From Phoronis australis (Eukaryota; Animalia; Phoronida): 64,000 nt of DNA. The translations under genes and the position numbers were made by a program. Positions 1 through 12,878 of this stretch are shown here, in pieces (the first letter of the stretch is position 1; each line of letters opens with the position of its first letter). The notes under the pieces were generated by a model. The model made no database searches. It was not told where the DNA came from and worked only from the letters and a program-made list of their open reading frames with translations. The stretch spans positions 25,663-89,662 of the forward strand of contig NMRA01000402.1 of the NCBI GenBank assembly GCA_002633005.1, given 5' to 3'.

Positions 1-145
1 GAATTATCGCCCGAGTGGATTTTGGAGAATTATCGCCCGAGTGGATTTTGGAGAATTATCGCCCGAGTGGATTATGGAGAATTATCGCCCGAGTGGATTT
101 TGGAGAATTATCGCCCGAGTGGATTTTGGAGAATTATCGCCCGAG
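1..145. repeat. Tandem repeat, 26-bp unit GAATTATCGCCCGAGTGGATTTTGGA, about 5.5 copies (runs off the window start)
   Basis: Near-identical head-to-tail copies with no unique spacers. Confidence 0.95.
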
Positions 146-710
146 GGGCATTAGATAAGGGGGATAAGGACTGAGAATATGTAATAATCTATTTATAGCA
201 CATACTGAACGAGAAACATTGCAATGAATCGATCTACCTTTCTCGACTCACCTCGGCTTTGTAACTACTTTCTATGTCAGAGGCCCGGGGTCGGAGGTCG
301 TGACCTTTTAAGAAAAGCTGAGCTATTTTTGTCAAATAATGCTTATACTCAAAACCAATTGAAAATTTAAACAAAGTAGAAATAAAGTGAATCCATAAAT
401 TAAGGTTTAGCAGCTTACTACATATTTTATCAGGCTAAGCTTCGACCAGGAAAATATCGGCTGCTAAAGTAGGTTACCAATAGTAACTGAGTATAATGCT
501 CAAGTCAAAGGATCCCAACGACACGATACCCGTATTCAAATTGGAGATCCGTGATTTACAAGTGAGAGAACACGAGAGAAAAAATTCACTGAATTAAAAT
601 ATAGTTTTTATGGAAATTATGTGTTTTATTTTTCATAGCGTATAAATGTTGGTGCAATGCCCTTTGCTGAACATTTAAGTATTCTATTTTCATGTTCGAT
701 GACGTCAGTC

Positions 711-780
711 GCTGAGTGGTGTAGTGGTAAAGTCGGCGACTCGAAACGCTTGAGGCCCAGGTTCGAATCCGGCCTCGGTT
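711..780 (+). other. tRNA-like sequence (tRNA pseudogene or SINE head) in CIB1 intron 1
   Basis: Pol III A box TGGTGTAGTGG, B box GGTTCGAATCC, CTCGAAA anticodon-like loop, acceptor-like pairing GCTGAG/CTCGGT; D and anticodon stems are imperfect. Confidence 0.55.
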
Positions 781-892
781 TCCCGCCAAAATGTTATCTC
801 ACTAGTGAGATAACTTTATGGGTTATTACATGGTTGTATCTGCCATTTGAGGCTAATATTGCGATATAAAGATATTTAACATTTGATTACAG

Positions 893-927
893 GAACTGAC
901 CTTTTTCACCAAGAAAGAAATTCTTCA
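893..927 (+). CDS. CIB1: CIB1 exon 2 ([12 protein letters not shown])
   Basis: ttacag| acceptor, |gtaagt donor; 35 nt. Confidence 0.9.
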
Positions 928-3900
928 GTAAGTACAAGGATTCAGTTTTCAATTTCATTTGTGATTTTTTGTTAGAACCAGTAGCTGATAAATGAATCAT
1001 TTTCAGCCTCCTGCTTTAGGTATCATGGTTTTGTGTTTGAAAGACAGGGAGAAATTACATTTTAGCAGATGCAACATTTCTGTTAATTAGCAAATTTCAT
1101 ACTTGTAATCTGTAATTAACATAAAAATAGTCTGGGGATTGCCTTGTCTTTTTTGCTGCATTAAAAGAAAACAGTGCTGGTGGCCTGATAATGGTGCGTC
1201 AGACGTGCGCAGGCCTCATGGTCAGGCCCATTGTAAAAAACACCTGAATTATGTTACACCCCTGTTTTACCGATTACTTGTTGCATGCCATGTTTATTGT
1301 TTCTCAAAAAGAGAAAAAAGAACACCACCACCTTCAGAATGAATGAACAACTACGTAAACATGTCTGCTGCAAAATGATCGTAGAAGTACAACTTGATTT
1401 GTTACCAACATAGTCTCATTTTTTGTAATTTAATAATGATGGTATCTGTTTAAATACCACTTTGTAAATTGTATAAAATCCCTGATTCTGCGAAAAAAAG
1501 TCGAATTCCGTGAATTATGTCTGTCTTCCAATTTATCTGTTATGATACCAGTAGTATGAAAAGTTCAAGTTTCTATTTGGGTGAAATGGTCTGTTTGTTT
1601 TGTGATTGTTCTTGTTAAAATTGTCTGAGCACACACCTATTCTGCGCTCAGTATTGTCTGTCTGCCTTGACTTGCCATATTGTATTACATGTACCTTATG
1701 AGGACGCTTTTTGTTATTTTGGATATTTTACTTACTATGAAAGATTTTTTGCCTTTCTAGTTGATTTGTACTATAAAAACAAAATTTTAATTAAATAAAA
1801 AAATTAAAGCAATTCTTTAAACACTGAGTGGACTACATGCGGGTGGGCATCTACGTTCAGCACATTTGATAGAATACATATGTGTGAAAACAGCTTTCTT
1901 GAACCAGCTGACATATATCGAAATCTGATTATGCTTTGTGTATTAAGAATTATAACTTTTATGCAATTTTTCATCACAAAAGTTTCTTATTACTTGGTAA
2001 AGTATTTCAAATTGACCAGGGATACTGTGAACTCAGTCGAAACGCATGTACTACGGGGAGGGGGCTACAAATAATTAAACTGCACTACGGATTGAGGACT
2101 TCTTAGTCAAAACATTTGCTTGCAGTAAGGGATGGGTATGTCAGAAAGGCAGCCTATTGAAATTTTCTTTATGCCAGTGCGGTGCAAAAATTTACTGAGT
2201 GACACAATACTTCACAAGATGCATTAGGCTATTTTAGGGCAAATTAACTATATTCAGCTGTGACAAGTTTCAAGAGTCCACAGCCATGTAAAGACGACTC
2301 TGGACACAGGGTCGCGTATATTCGTATTTACTAACCGTGGTTACTGTACATGTATGTCGTTGATGGGACTGGCTCTTAAGTCGTAAATAGAAAATGTACA
2401 TGTAACCGTAACACAAGATGAGCTGAAGGAAGACGTTTGTATGAACAACACGTGGAATTACAAACTTAAGTTAGTCGAAACCTAAGTGTGATAGATGACT
2501 GCTTGCAAAGATACTCTATAATATACTATAACGTCTTTTGCAACTTGTCCGAAACGACAGGCAATCAAGACGTTACATGTATTTTTATTGATTAGCCCAG
2601 TGCCCTACCATGGTTACCACAGGTACCGAAGGCGTGAAGAAAGCCTGATAAAAAGTGAAGTAAACCGGAGGTAAACATGAGTACTACCCGGAGAGTAGGC
2701 GTGAGGCGACCGTGACTGATTTCTGTCACGCCTGCGTTCCGGTTGCGCTCCGGTCTGGCCAGGCGTGAGGTAGCCCGGACGAAGTCTAAAAATTCAGTGG
2801 CTGTACTGTACATGTGTGGTTTGTGGGAGAGGAGGAGCCTGTCGATCTCCTCGTACCACTTCATTCATTTGCTGTTTACTTTTTCAGTGTGTTCAAGAGA
2901 TTCTCCCAGCTAGACCAAGCTGTGCAGATGAACCCTACTGTAAAGCTGCCTATGGCCAAGATACTGGAGTTGCCGGAATTAAAGGTACACAGTTCACGTC
3001 TACTGTCTTACACTGAGAACAGTTTAGATGACAACTCTAAATTATTTTGGTGACCTTGACGGTTGTGTAGATATTACTTTGAAAATTAATGTTGTTTCAG
3101 TGCTGACTTGACTGTACATTATTTCTGGAATACCATCCAGTTCTCTTGAAAATGTATGCATTTCATACTTCTGAAGTGCATACGCGGATAATGCAACTGT
3201 TACTGCAACAACATAAATGAGAATCCTCAAAAGTCTATAAAACAGACAGGCAGCTTTCACCTCTGCTTCGGTACAGAATGTGGTAGAAAATTCTGCAGTT
3301 TTGGGACTGTTCAGACCTATTTTATTTTGTTCTCAAGGTCAGAACTTGTTAACTTTTGGAAATAAGCAGTATTGGTCATACCAAATTCAAGAATTTTGGT
3401 CAATGACAAGCGATCATTCTCATCTTGTTTGAGGTCAGGTAAAATGGTTGCGTTAGCAGCTAATTTTGAGGATTTTTTTGAGCTGCCAAGTCTGTTTTCT
3501 GACTCTGTTGATACAAAAATGCTGTGTTCGAAATTTTAGAGTTATGAGGAATGGCAACAACAACCATCACCCAATCCCCAGAATTAAGAAAATTTAATTT
3601 CTGCTTGAATGAAATTTCATGTCCCAAATTTAGAGGCTAGCCCAACTGGAAAATTTTTTCTCTCATAACCCATTTTTATTAGCATTGCTCATTAGTTGTC
3701 ATGGAGAAGTTTGCAATGCCCTATTTAAGATGTGGAGTTTGAGGAAATTGGGCTTTGGTGTTGGGGAAAGAATCTTTAAGCATACCAGTCAGACAGTCGT
3801 TGAGAAGTCAAAACTGTACGTCGCAATAGCCAATGGTTGAACATGAGTGTGAACAACACATTTTTGTTGATCCAATTTTTTAGCACCAATGAATATGAAT

Positions 3901-6900
3901 GCTATCAGGGACGTAATATGTGTTCACGCGTGCATTTTTTAAGTGATCGCTACGTTCTCCTTTCTTTCCATATTGAATTGAGAGTGACTATTGTCCGAAT
4001 CTGAGAAATTATGGGAGCTTGAATTTTGTCATTTTTTGTCGATAATTCAGAGGTAACAAATTTTGAACTTTGTCATTTGGCACATTTTAAGTTGAAACTT
4101 CGAAAGTCTAATCCTGTTTCTTATCCCCTCTATGTTTATTCTATTTTAGGTGAACCCTTTTCGTGATAGAATCTGCAAAGTTTTCTCCTCGGCTGGTAGT
4201 GGGGACATGACCTTTGAAGACTTCCTTGACATGATGTCTGTTTTTTCCGATAATGCACCGAAGAATGTTAAAGTCGAGTATGCCTTCAGAATATACGGTA
4301 GGTGTATCTGGAAGTGAGCAAATAGACTGAAGGATATCGAATGTTGTCAGATTTTCAACACATGGTGGTGTCACCAAATATCTGCTTCAGAGAAGAAGCT
4401 TTCATTACCATAATTCTACCAATTAGTTTGCTCAAAATAAATTTTTAATTAGCCAGAGTGTGCCAAATAGACTGAAGATATAAGTGTCATATTTTAGTTC
4501 CCATATGTGACCTTATAGTTGTCTATAAGATGAGTATACACTGATAAAATTACACTTTGATAGCAAATCTGTCAAGTTGACAGGTGTGCAAAATTAACTG
4601 AATAACAAATCATGGCCAACTGCCCAAACATGACTTTAATGAAATGCGGCTTGCGGATTGCCAACATGATCCAAGTAATGGGTGACAGAGTTATATTGAT
4701 GACATTTGGTTTTGGCCATAATACGAATACGAACTTAAAAATCAGTGCATACATAGACAAAGACATTAGCCAACATTTCAGTTTATTATCGCTAAGCCAT
4801 TCTCAAGACAAAAGTTCCAGTCAGGTATCACTGGAGAGCAGTCTGCACACTCAGGTACACATCAAAATGCATTGTGAGGATAGAGACCAGGAATCAAAGC
4901 AGTGGGAGCTCAAATGAATCAATGTTTCTATTCAAATAGTGCTCAGCATGATTCTGAAATATCCATAGCCTCCTTTATGGGTATCCTGAAGATGGTATTG
5001 TCCTTGTCCAACATCTGAACACCAGACAGTAATCTATAGTGTAACCAGTGGTCAATGAATGATTAAGAATAGCGCTGTGTGTTTTGTTATGCTCTTCCAA
5101 CACAAGAGTACTCTACCCTATCAATTATGAAACAGTCTTTTGAGCATATGACTCTAAAGTGACCCCACACTCATTGAGGTCATCTNACGACTCCAGTGAG
5201 CACGATTTTGAGTATGAAATCTCGAGTATGAGTATGAGTCTGAGTAAGGAGATTGGAGACCGGGCCCAGGAATCAAAGCAGTGGGAGCTCAAATGAATCA
5301 ATGTTTCTATTCAAATAGTGCTCAGCATGATTCTGAAATATGCATAGCCTCCTTTATGGGTATCCTGAAGATGGTATTGTCCTTGTCCAACATCTGAACA
5401 CCAGACAGTAATCTATAGTGTAACCAGTGGTCAATGAATGATTAAGAATAGCGCTGTGTGTTTTGTTATGCTCTTCCAACACAAGAGTACTCTACCCTAT
5501 CAATTATGAAACAGTCTTTTGAGCATATGACTCTAAAGTGACCCCACACTCATTGAGGTCATCTTATACTTATCTTGTTTAGAAGAGCATGAGATGCAAA
5601 ATGAATGTTTGAATTTAATAGTGAATATACGACCAGACCTTACTATCGTAGTTAATGACCAGTGTATTAGTAAGAATTAAAGACGCGGATCTATGTTGGT
5701 ATTCTCCGAAGTGCAAAACTGACTGTGTGCGAATCAGGTGAGGCAATAAATTTCCACCAAGTCAGCCTTGTGTGAAATAATTGATGGGCAAAATATTGTT
5801 TTTACAAATAAATGTGGGTGTGCGAAATGAGGTGAGTGTGCTACACAGGTGAGGAGTAACCATTAGCTAAACTTATGTTGAGACAATGCTTTTTCACCTG
5901 CGTATTTTGTGGATTTCTGCCCAATAAGTGGCCCGATCTGATTAAAACAAATGGTGCAGCTAGGTCCAAGAGACGCATGTTCTATCTCAAGGCTAAGAAA
6001 TCCTGGCCTAAAGTGTGTCAAAGTTTGGCTAAGTGATCTTGTCTCACAATGTGCACTCAATATTTGGCTGATAAAACTTCATGAGTGGTTGCTTCTGATA
6101 CAGTTGTGATATTGTCCAGTTCCCTATTTGATATCCTGTTGTACTTCTAAGACTATTTATTATTTCTTGTCATTTCCTGGCCTTATCATTTTGAGAAACA
6201 CGAGACTACCTTTAATGAAACTATTTTGTTCTCATTTCTGTTGTTTCATTTCTTTTCCTGCAGCAGCATAATCAATGGCAGATAATTTAGTCCACACCAG
6301 TGGTCAAGTTAATAAAGGGTTGAATGTACAACAGCTGTCACACCTGGTCTGTTTAATCAATGAAACAATTACATATTGTAAGGTACTGTAACACAATGGC
6401 AATCAGTGCCAGCGAGCAGTACTGTTTCAGTTCACATTTCAACTGATAATTATGATTTGATTATGCGTAGCTTGTGTCAAGGACCAATATTTTCCCACTC
6501 AGTAAACTGTAGCTTATTGGTGGCATTTGCCTTTCGTCTTTGGAATACACTTTTAGAAAAATACGACCAGTTTTAAAGTCTGAATATGTGTTACTTTAGA
6601 TGTGTTTAAAAGTTTAGTCACTACAATGCAACCCCAGGGATTTAAATAACACAAAATGAACCCTGGAATTGACTGTCTAGCAACATGTGGTTTATAGTAT
6701 AACACCTAAGATAAGATTGTTGTATTTCTCTGTAATGTAAAATGCTTGATCTTAAGAAACACTGTACCCCTTGTACATACACGGGTGCATATTGCTTTCG
6801 TCTTTGTCCAGCGTCCATCTCCTAAACCCTTGCAAGATCTTAATGAGATTTGGCAAAGATAATGGCTGAAGCAATGAGTTTCAGATGCATTTAAATGCTG

Positions 6901-9900
6901 TTGTGTGGCTCTTGTTAAAAAACCTGTATTTCCTGCACTCGTTTTAGTGAAAGAAGTAATTTATCCAGAATAGACAACAAAGGTTCTGTCTAATTGCTAC
7001 ATTTAGTTTTTCTAAATGTTTTCTAACCCAGGATTAGAAATACTCTGTTTTATCAAATATTCTCCGTCTTGTGTATTCAAATTACTCAGTATCTTCCTTC
7101 AAAACTCACTGAAATTACTCTCCTTAAGAAAACTGCTCAGGATTTTGTTTTGTGAAATTATTCAGTACTTTGTTTTCCCACTTATTTACCTCAAGCAACA
7201 CCTTGCTCTCACGTTTTTGCTAATTTCGACTCAGAGATCTCCTTAGAATGAGCTGTTCCATGTCACTTAAGTCTTGTGCAACATCTGCTTTGATAAAGAC
7301 TGTCTAGTGATGTCAAGATTTTTCTTCAGGTTGGCTTGTAAGTTGTAACCAATGTCGGGTATATCATCAGACACTTGGGAAAAATCCACCTCGATGGGCA
7401 GATTTTTTGCCAAGGCGTTACTCAAAACCTTCGTCTCGAATTCCACCTCAAATCTTCACATGGAAAATGCATTTTCATGCCAAGAAAACTAGATCTGCCT
7501 CTCCCAGACTATGCTAATACATTTTCTTGTTCAAGTTTTCCTCCGTAGCTATCGTCAGACAAAGTTTTGAAAAATTTTGGGCATTCACAATGTTGTTAGA
7601 AGCCTTTGACAAATCAAAAAAGGACATCTTTGGCAATTATTTTTGTCCAAATTTGATGAAATTTTACCATAGTCTTGTATCACTCCTAAGTTCAGCAGAC
7701 TACAAACAAAGGGAGGTCATTGCTACAGAGCCACTAGTAAGTGCACCTGGTGTTATTCCAAGGTTATGGTTTTTGACATGGAAAATTAGGTCAACTTGCT
7801 CAATGTGCTTCCTGTTTTTCTAGATTTTGATGAGGACGATATGATATCGAGGAGCGATTTGAAGGAGGTCATTGACCGCTTAACAGGAGCACCAGAGGAC
7901 AAGCTTTCTGAGGAGGACATGCAACAGTTGATTGACAACGTAAGTGGTTGGACATCAGTACAATTTTCATCATCACTGAAGAGTTGGTTCTTGTAGAACG
8001 TTTTTTTTTTTTGAAAATAGCCACTCTCGCATAACTTTCAAAGTGCATGAAGTTTGATGTATGCTTGACGCCAATGTGCCAGGTCAAAGCAATATTCCCC
8101 TAGCAAGCTGCAGTTGAAGTCCTTTTTTATCAATTTGGTATATTCTGTTTGCTCCGACATTGATTTTGATGAGGACGACATGATGGTGGGGAATGATTTG
8201 AAAGAAGTAATTGATCAATGTATTTTGAAGAATGCACCAACCATATTCTGTCAATGCCCTTCTATAGTCATTCAGTTCTAGCTGCAGTCTCCTAAGAAGG
8301 TATTCATATTCTCACAACACTTCAATAGTCCTTCACTTCTACTAGAATCCATTATGCCCTACATCTTGTTTCCCAATCCCCAATTGTGAATGTTTCTTAC
8401 TAGTTGCGATTACAATAGCCACCAGGTGGCACAGTGCCTGGACTTTGATGACTGACTCCTTTTGTTTTAGGATTAAGGAACAAGCTTGGTTTTTTCTGGG
8501 ATAAGTGCCTTGTGCTTGTAGCAAGTTCTTTCCCGACCATATTAGACACTGCAGACTACAAACAATAAATCTACAATTGAAAATTGAACTTTATCATTGT
8601 TTGGACGGCAAAAAATCCTTGAACTACCACAGAAAAAAGAGAAATATTGCACAGAGCAGCTGCTGTTCTTTGTTGATATGTCCTGTGCAATGCAATATGG
8701 CTACTTGACTTGTGTACACCACCCCACTGTGGAGCTCTTACATATATCTAGTGAGTGATCTCACTATCCCAAAGAAGGCAGTCAAGTTTGAATGAGAGTA
8801 GTTCTCTTCTCTAAGAATCCATTGGTCACATTCTCCTGACATTGCAAAGTGTGGTTGCTTGGTCTTCAAATGACTAGATATGATGTAATGGGCTCTAGTC
8901 CTGCCATCTAGTGAGCATCTCTGTAACTGTTGTTGCAGATCTTTGAAGAAGCTGATCTAGACGATGACGATTCCCTTTCATTTGCTGAGTTTGAGCATGT
9001 CATCTCAAAGGCGCCCGATTTTATTAAGTAAGTTCTTAGTCACATTTAGTTTTCAAAAGTGCTGGCAACATTTCTTCTCAATGACAAAGAAACTTCGGAA
9101 CAAAGCAATTTGGCAAACTTTCAAGTAATTTCAAGTTAGTTAAGACTTACAGTACAAGACAGAAGTATTCAGACAAAATATCATTTTTCAATCATGACGG
9201 CTAGTTGTGCTAATAGCAAAACGTGATTGGTGATAACCATTAGGGTGGAAAATTTTTAATGACAGAATGCCTTACCTTCATTCCCAGTCACATGAGAAGA
9301 CAACTATGACGATGATGAATTCGGCTTTAGGTTATCTGTCATGACAGGGAATTTTGGGTCATTTTGTTTTAACATTTTTAGCTTGTAGCGTATGTCTGGT
9401 CTCCTTTCACGTCTTCTCCGTGATTTTGAGCAATAAATTCGACAACTATTGATGACAAATTTTTTATGAAAACTACGGTAACCATACAAAATCTTGGTTT
9501 CCTCCATTCTTGATGGAATTTACTGTAGACTAATGAAAACTGATCAAAACTCGTCGTAACAAACCATCTTGAGGTCATTCTGAACACGGTATTCCGGGCT
9601 TGGCTCTTCAAAACCCATAGGGATAGTAACACACTTCTCAACCACGACGGTCAACATAAACCCTTTGTTAAGCTGTTTTTACTTACACAGCCCAATATGG
9701 GTTGTAACTAAATTTGCTTTTATCAAAGCTACTTGTCTGTAGCAGCAGTTGGTTTTCGATCCAAAGACTAGAATGTTATAAGTGAGCAAACATTATAAAC
9801 CAGATCTATTGCAACAGGGTTTGACTGTACCTTGTAGCATCAATATATCTTAGTGGTAACATCTTGGGGCCCATTTCATGAAGTGACTTAGGATGGAAGT

Positions 9901-10420
9901 TTGGCCTTATAATACACATATTTAAAAAATAATATACTTCAGCAAAGTATCTTTAGAATGTACTTATAATTGCTACCGGGATTTTCCATAGATAAGCCCA
10001 CCCGGATAAGCCAATGGAGCATTTATTCGGAAAATTTCCTCAGAAACCCACTCTCAATCAACTTTTTGTCACAAATTCAAGTTTGTGGAGCATTTATGAT
10101 TAATGAAAATGAAGGTGTTGCCAAACTGTGCATTTATTAACATATTAACTTTAAAAACCGTTTTAAGTAAAAAATGTCGGCAAAGCTATGACCTTCCGTT
10201 TACACGACCCCATTTTCCGAGTAAACACCAAGCAGTGATGTGCTCAGAATAGTAGGACTTAACCTTTACTCTGTATTTGTGAAGTGGGAGTGCAAGACCA
10301 AATTTCTCTGACTCTAGACTCCTTTCAGGAAACAGATCCCTGAGCCCATAGTCCTGCTGTTCTTTACAACCGTTACCATTACAGCTTTCTATTTTCAGCT
10401 CTTTCAAGATAAGGCTTTAA
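893..10420 (+). CDS. CIB1: Calcium- and integrin-binding protein 1 gene model, 5'-partial: join(893-927,2888-2984,4150-4297,7824-7939,8939-9027,10399-10420); exon 1 is upstream of the window
   Basis: Spliced translation [22 protein letters not shown]...[22 protein letters not shown]...[52 protein letters not shown]...[43 protein letters not shown] matches the CIB1 family from recall (two C-terminal EF-hands; MxQLIDNI and SFKIxL are CIB1-like rather than CIB2/3). All introns are GT-AG and phases are consistent. Confidence 0.93.
2888..2984 (+). CDS. CIB1: CIB1 exon 3 ([32 protein letters not shown])
   Basis: ttttcag| acceptor, |gtacac donor; frame continuous with exon 2. Confidence 0.92.
4150..4297 (+). 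CDS. CIB1: CIB1 exon 4 ([14 protein letters not shown]...YAFRIY)
   Basis: ttttag| acceptor, |gtaggt donor; conserved NPF..RICxVFS and FEDFLD motifs. Confidence 0.95.
4887..5564. repeat. 299-bp near-identical direct duplication (4887-5185 / 5266-5564) across a single N at 5186; probable haplotype/contig-join artefact
   Basis: I saw one differing base (tatccatag/tatgcatag); the first copy ends exactly at the N. Confidence 0.8.
7824..7939 (+). CDS. CIB1: CIB1 exon 5 (EF-hand loop [12 protein letters not shown] ... MQQLIDN)
   Basis: ttctag| acceptor, |gtaagt donor; EF-hand loop. Confidence 0.95.
8163..8216 (+). pseudogene. Degenerate tandem duplicate of the 5' part of CIB1 exon 5 (pseudo-exon)
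   Basis: Reads (D)[17 protein letters not shown] versus (D)[17 protein letters not shown] in exon 5; the acceptor position is ttg| instead of tag|. Confidence 0.75.
8939..9027 (+). CDS. CIB1: CIB1 exon 6 ([30 protein letters not shown])
   Basis: ttgcag| acceptor, |gtaagt donor; last EF-hand. Confidence 0.95.
9976..10240. mobile_element. Non-autonomous TIR element (MITE-like) fragment, related to the copy at about 20820-21132
   Basis: Starts ta|CCGGGATTTTCCATAGATAAGCCC; shares internal TTTATTCGGAAAAT and TTCCGA.TAAAC blocks with the copy at 20820-21132, which ends with the inverted terminus GGGCTTATCTATGAAAAACTCCGG. Confidence 0.55.
10399..10420 (+). CDS. CIB1: CIB1 exon 7, coding part (SFKIRL-stop)
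   Basis: ttttcag| acceptor, then c TCT TTC AAG ATA AGG CTT TAA; matches the CIB1 C-terminus. Confidence 0.9.
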
Positions 10421-11146
10421 ACAGGAAGGTGTCTAAGCGCATATGACGTGAATTCATTGTGCATGCGTTTACCAAGTTTTCTAAGCTGTTATGACAATCT
10501 CAAAGACATTTCAATTTCAGAAAGTGTATATTTAGTCATAATTCGTACTGTACGTTATTTCTGTTATAAACATATTTAAATTGCTGGCAATTTATATTTA
10601 ATGGATCGATTGGTGTTGGGTGTTTGTTAAAAAGACATGATGTGCAAATTACGAATGAAAACTTCTAGAAAAACTCAACGTAGTATCTCCCAACATTGTG
10701 GAGACACGTGGCTCTTTTTTCTGGGAAGTGGCAGTGTGTCCCAGTCGCAATCCAAGGCCTAAAGTTGTCCGTGAACACGACAGAAGTTGGTACAATTTCC
10801 ACACGAACAAATCAGCTGCAATTCCTCAGAAGATGTGAGCGGCTCCGCATTGTTGGGAGAGAATTGTAGTGTGTTTTTTCCTCACGTTTTGATTCACAAT
10901 TTTGCCCATCAAGAACTTTATCTGACTGAATGTTGATGTTCATCAAGTGATGTGCAGTAATTTTCTAACTTAACCAGTTTTAAAAGAATGATGTGAATAA
11001 GCATTAACTTTATATTTTGGTGTTTATTGAACGTTTATCTTGTATAAATGATTTGTACTGAGCCATGTTACTTATGGTATTTCTATTATATTCCACATTG
11101 AAATCTGTATAGTACAGTTAGTTTTCATTAAAGTTGATGAAATTTA

Positions 11147-12048
11147 TCTATTATATAAAATGCATCGTTTGCACAAACTCTGTCTCTCCTGCTCCAGTAC
11201 AGACCTTCGTTGCGCCCGTTTCGACACTGCCTTGGTCCCAGGTATTGCACCGACCCCCTATTTGGATTCGAGGTGTTCTATTTTTTTCTCGCGGGCCTTT
11301 TTTGCGGACGCAGAGGGAGGGTGGCCAGTTTCGTACTGGCGATGGTGATGTCAGTATGTCGGCTCAACGGCCTGGGTGACGTCACTCCATCGGCTTAATT
11401 TCACTCCCTCCGGCTTCTGTCGCATATAAATGGTGCCTCATTAAATTTACCCAGATGTTGGAAAATTGGCGTTCTTCAGTTATTCTGCTGCTAAAATTAA
11501 TTGCCATGCGCTCTTTAGGTGCCATTACGTCACCTATTGGCCAATTTCCATGTTCTTAAATCAACCGTGAGGTTCATGTCATAACAATCGGAAGTGGTTT
11601 CATTTCGTTACAACCCAATTTCAGAACAAACCCTCGAGAGAGAAATCACAAAATGTTAGGAATTGGCGCGTACGTGCGCATGTCACGAGTATACACTTTT
11701 CAAAACAACGTCAGGTTTTCCTTAGTTACAAGGCGGAGATAGGCCGTAACGGGCAAGGTGGATGTCAGTTCCCAGATTCTGCATGCATCCCTGCAGGTTG
11801 TTAGCTCTAAGTTTCACGACGAGGTGACGAGCTGAGCACCCGGGTTGTGCGAAATTTCGGTGTTTAACGGAGCTCCAGACACTGCTACCTAGCGCAGTAT
11901 GTACATTTATGATGCAACTTTTGTAACTATTACATCTATATACTTTGAGCACGGCCTCTTCAAGAAGTATTCTTGTCTCTTGCAGTGAACACTGTAGCTG
12001 TAGCTGTTTCCCCTAGGCTTTTTCCACTAGCTACTACCCGTTCGAAAC
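11147..12048 (+). mobile_element. Non-autonomous Helitron-like element, copy 1 (3' hairpin truncated)
   Basis: 5' end a|TCTATTATATAAAATG; long similarity to the reverse complement of 47398-48648; ends in the first arm of the terminal hairpin (ACTAGCTACTACCCGTTCGAAA). Confidence 0.7.
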
Positions 12049-12878
12049 AAACTTTTTTGTTAATTTTAAAATGATATACTGTAATTTTCTATTTGCTTTC
12101 CTTTTGATTTATGCCACAACTTTGATGAAGCCAGATAAATTACATGATATGTATGATATTCGTCAACTTTTTTTGAAAACTACAATATCTGGAGATTAAG
12201 AAATCATAAAGCAAGTGTGTATTATGAGCTTGTTATATTATCTGCTCCTGTTTACTCATTCTGTTTGGTTTTAAGGGTGTAATTAATAATTGGAAAAGAA
12301 CAATGAACATTTTACACAAATATTTATTCTCATCAACTCATACACACGTCAACTTTATTTTGAGCATTTCTGTAATTGTTGAAGTGAATTTATCCTTTAC
12401 GGAAGAATTTGATTATGCTTAAAATGTATCACAAGGCAAGTTATAAGTTGAGCAAACACATAGAGACCTTCCTTTAACTTCTTAATACTAGTACCTAGTT
12501 CTAGACACTATTACTTGTTTTCATAGCCTGAAATATGAACTATTTATTAGGATTCCCTCCTTCAACTGTATACAATTTGTGAACCCAGAATGATGCCAAT
12601 TTTAAATCAGAGGTGAGACACTGCACAGATCAAAGGTATTAAAATGGCCGAGAAATGCTTATTGTGTGAAAATAGCTAAAAAGTTAAACATTTTGTGACA
12701 AAACTGCTTAACTGCTGCTTAGCAATTCCATACATAACTCAGTTTTCAGTTGAATGTAACTGCATGTTGTGGATGACACCAAAATGGTTAAAAGTCACAA
12801 TTTGTATGAAAGTGCCATGTTATGTGCATTTTTTTAAGTGGTTTCTTTGTAGATTCACCTAGTAGGTAAGCAGCAAAG

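Noticed and set aside
1-145. CRISPR-like array
   Set aside because: Units are contiguous with no unique spacers, there are no cas genes, and the context is eukaryotic; it is a simple tandem repeat.
7824-9027. Non-canonical CIB1 EF loops (Asp instead of Gly at loop position 6) as a novelty
   Set aside because: I recall similar loops in other invertebrate CIB1 proteins and cannot show they are unusual without an alignment.
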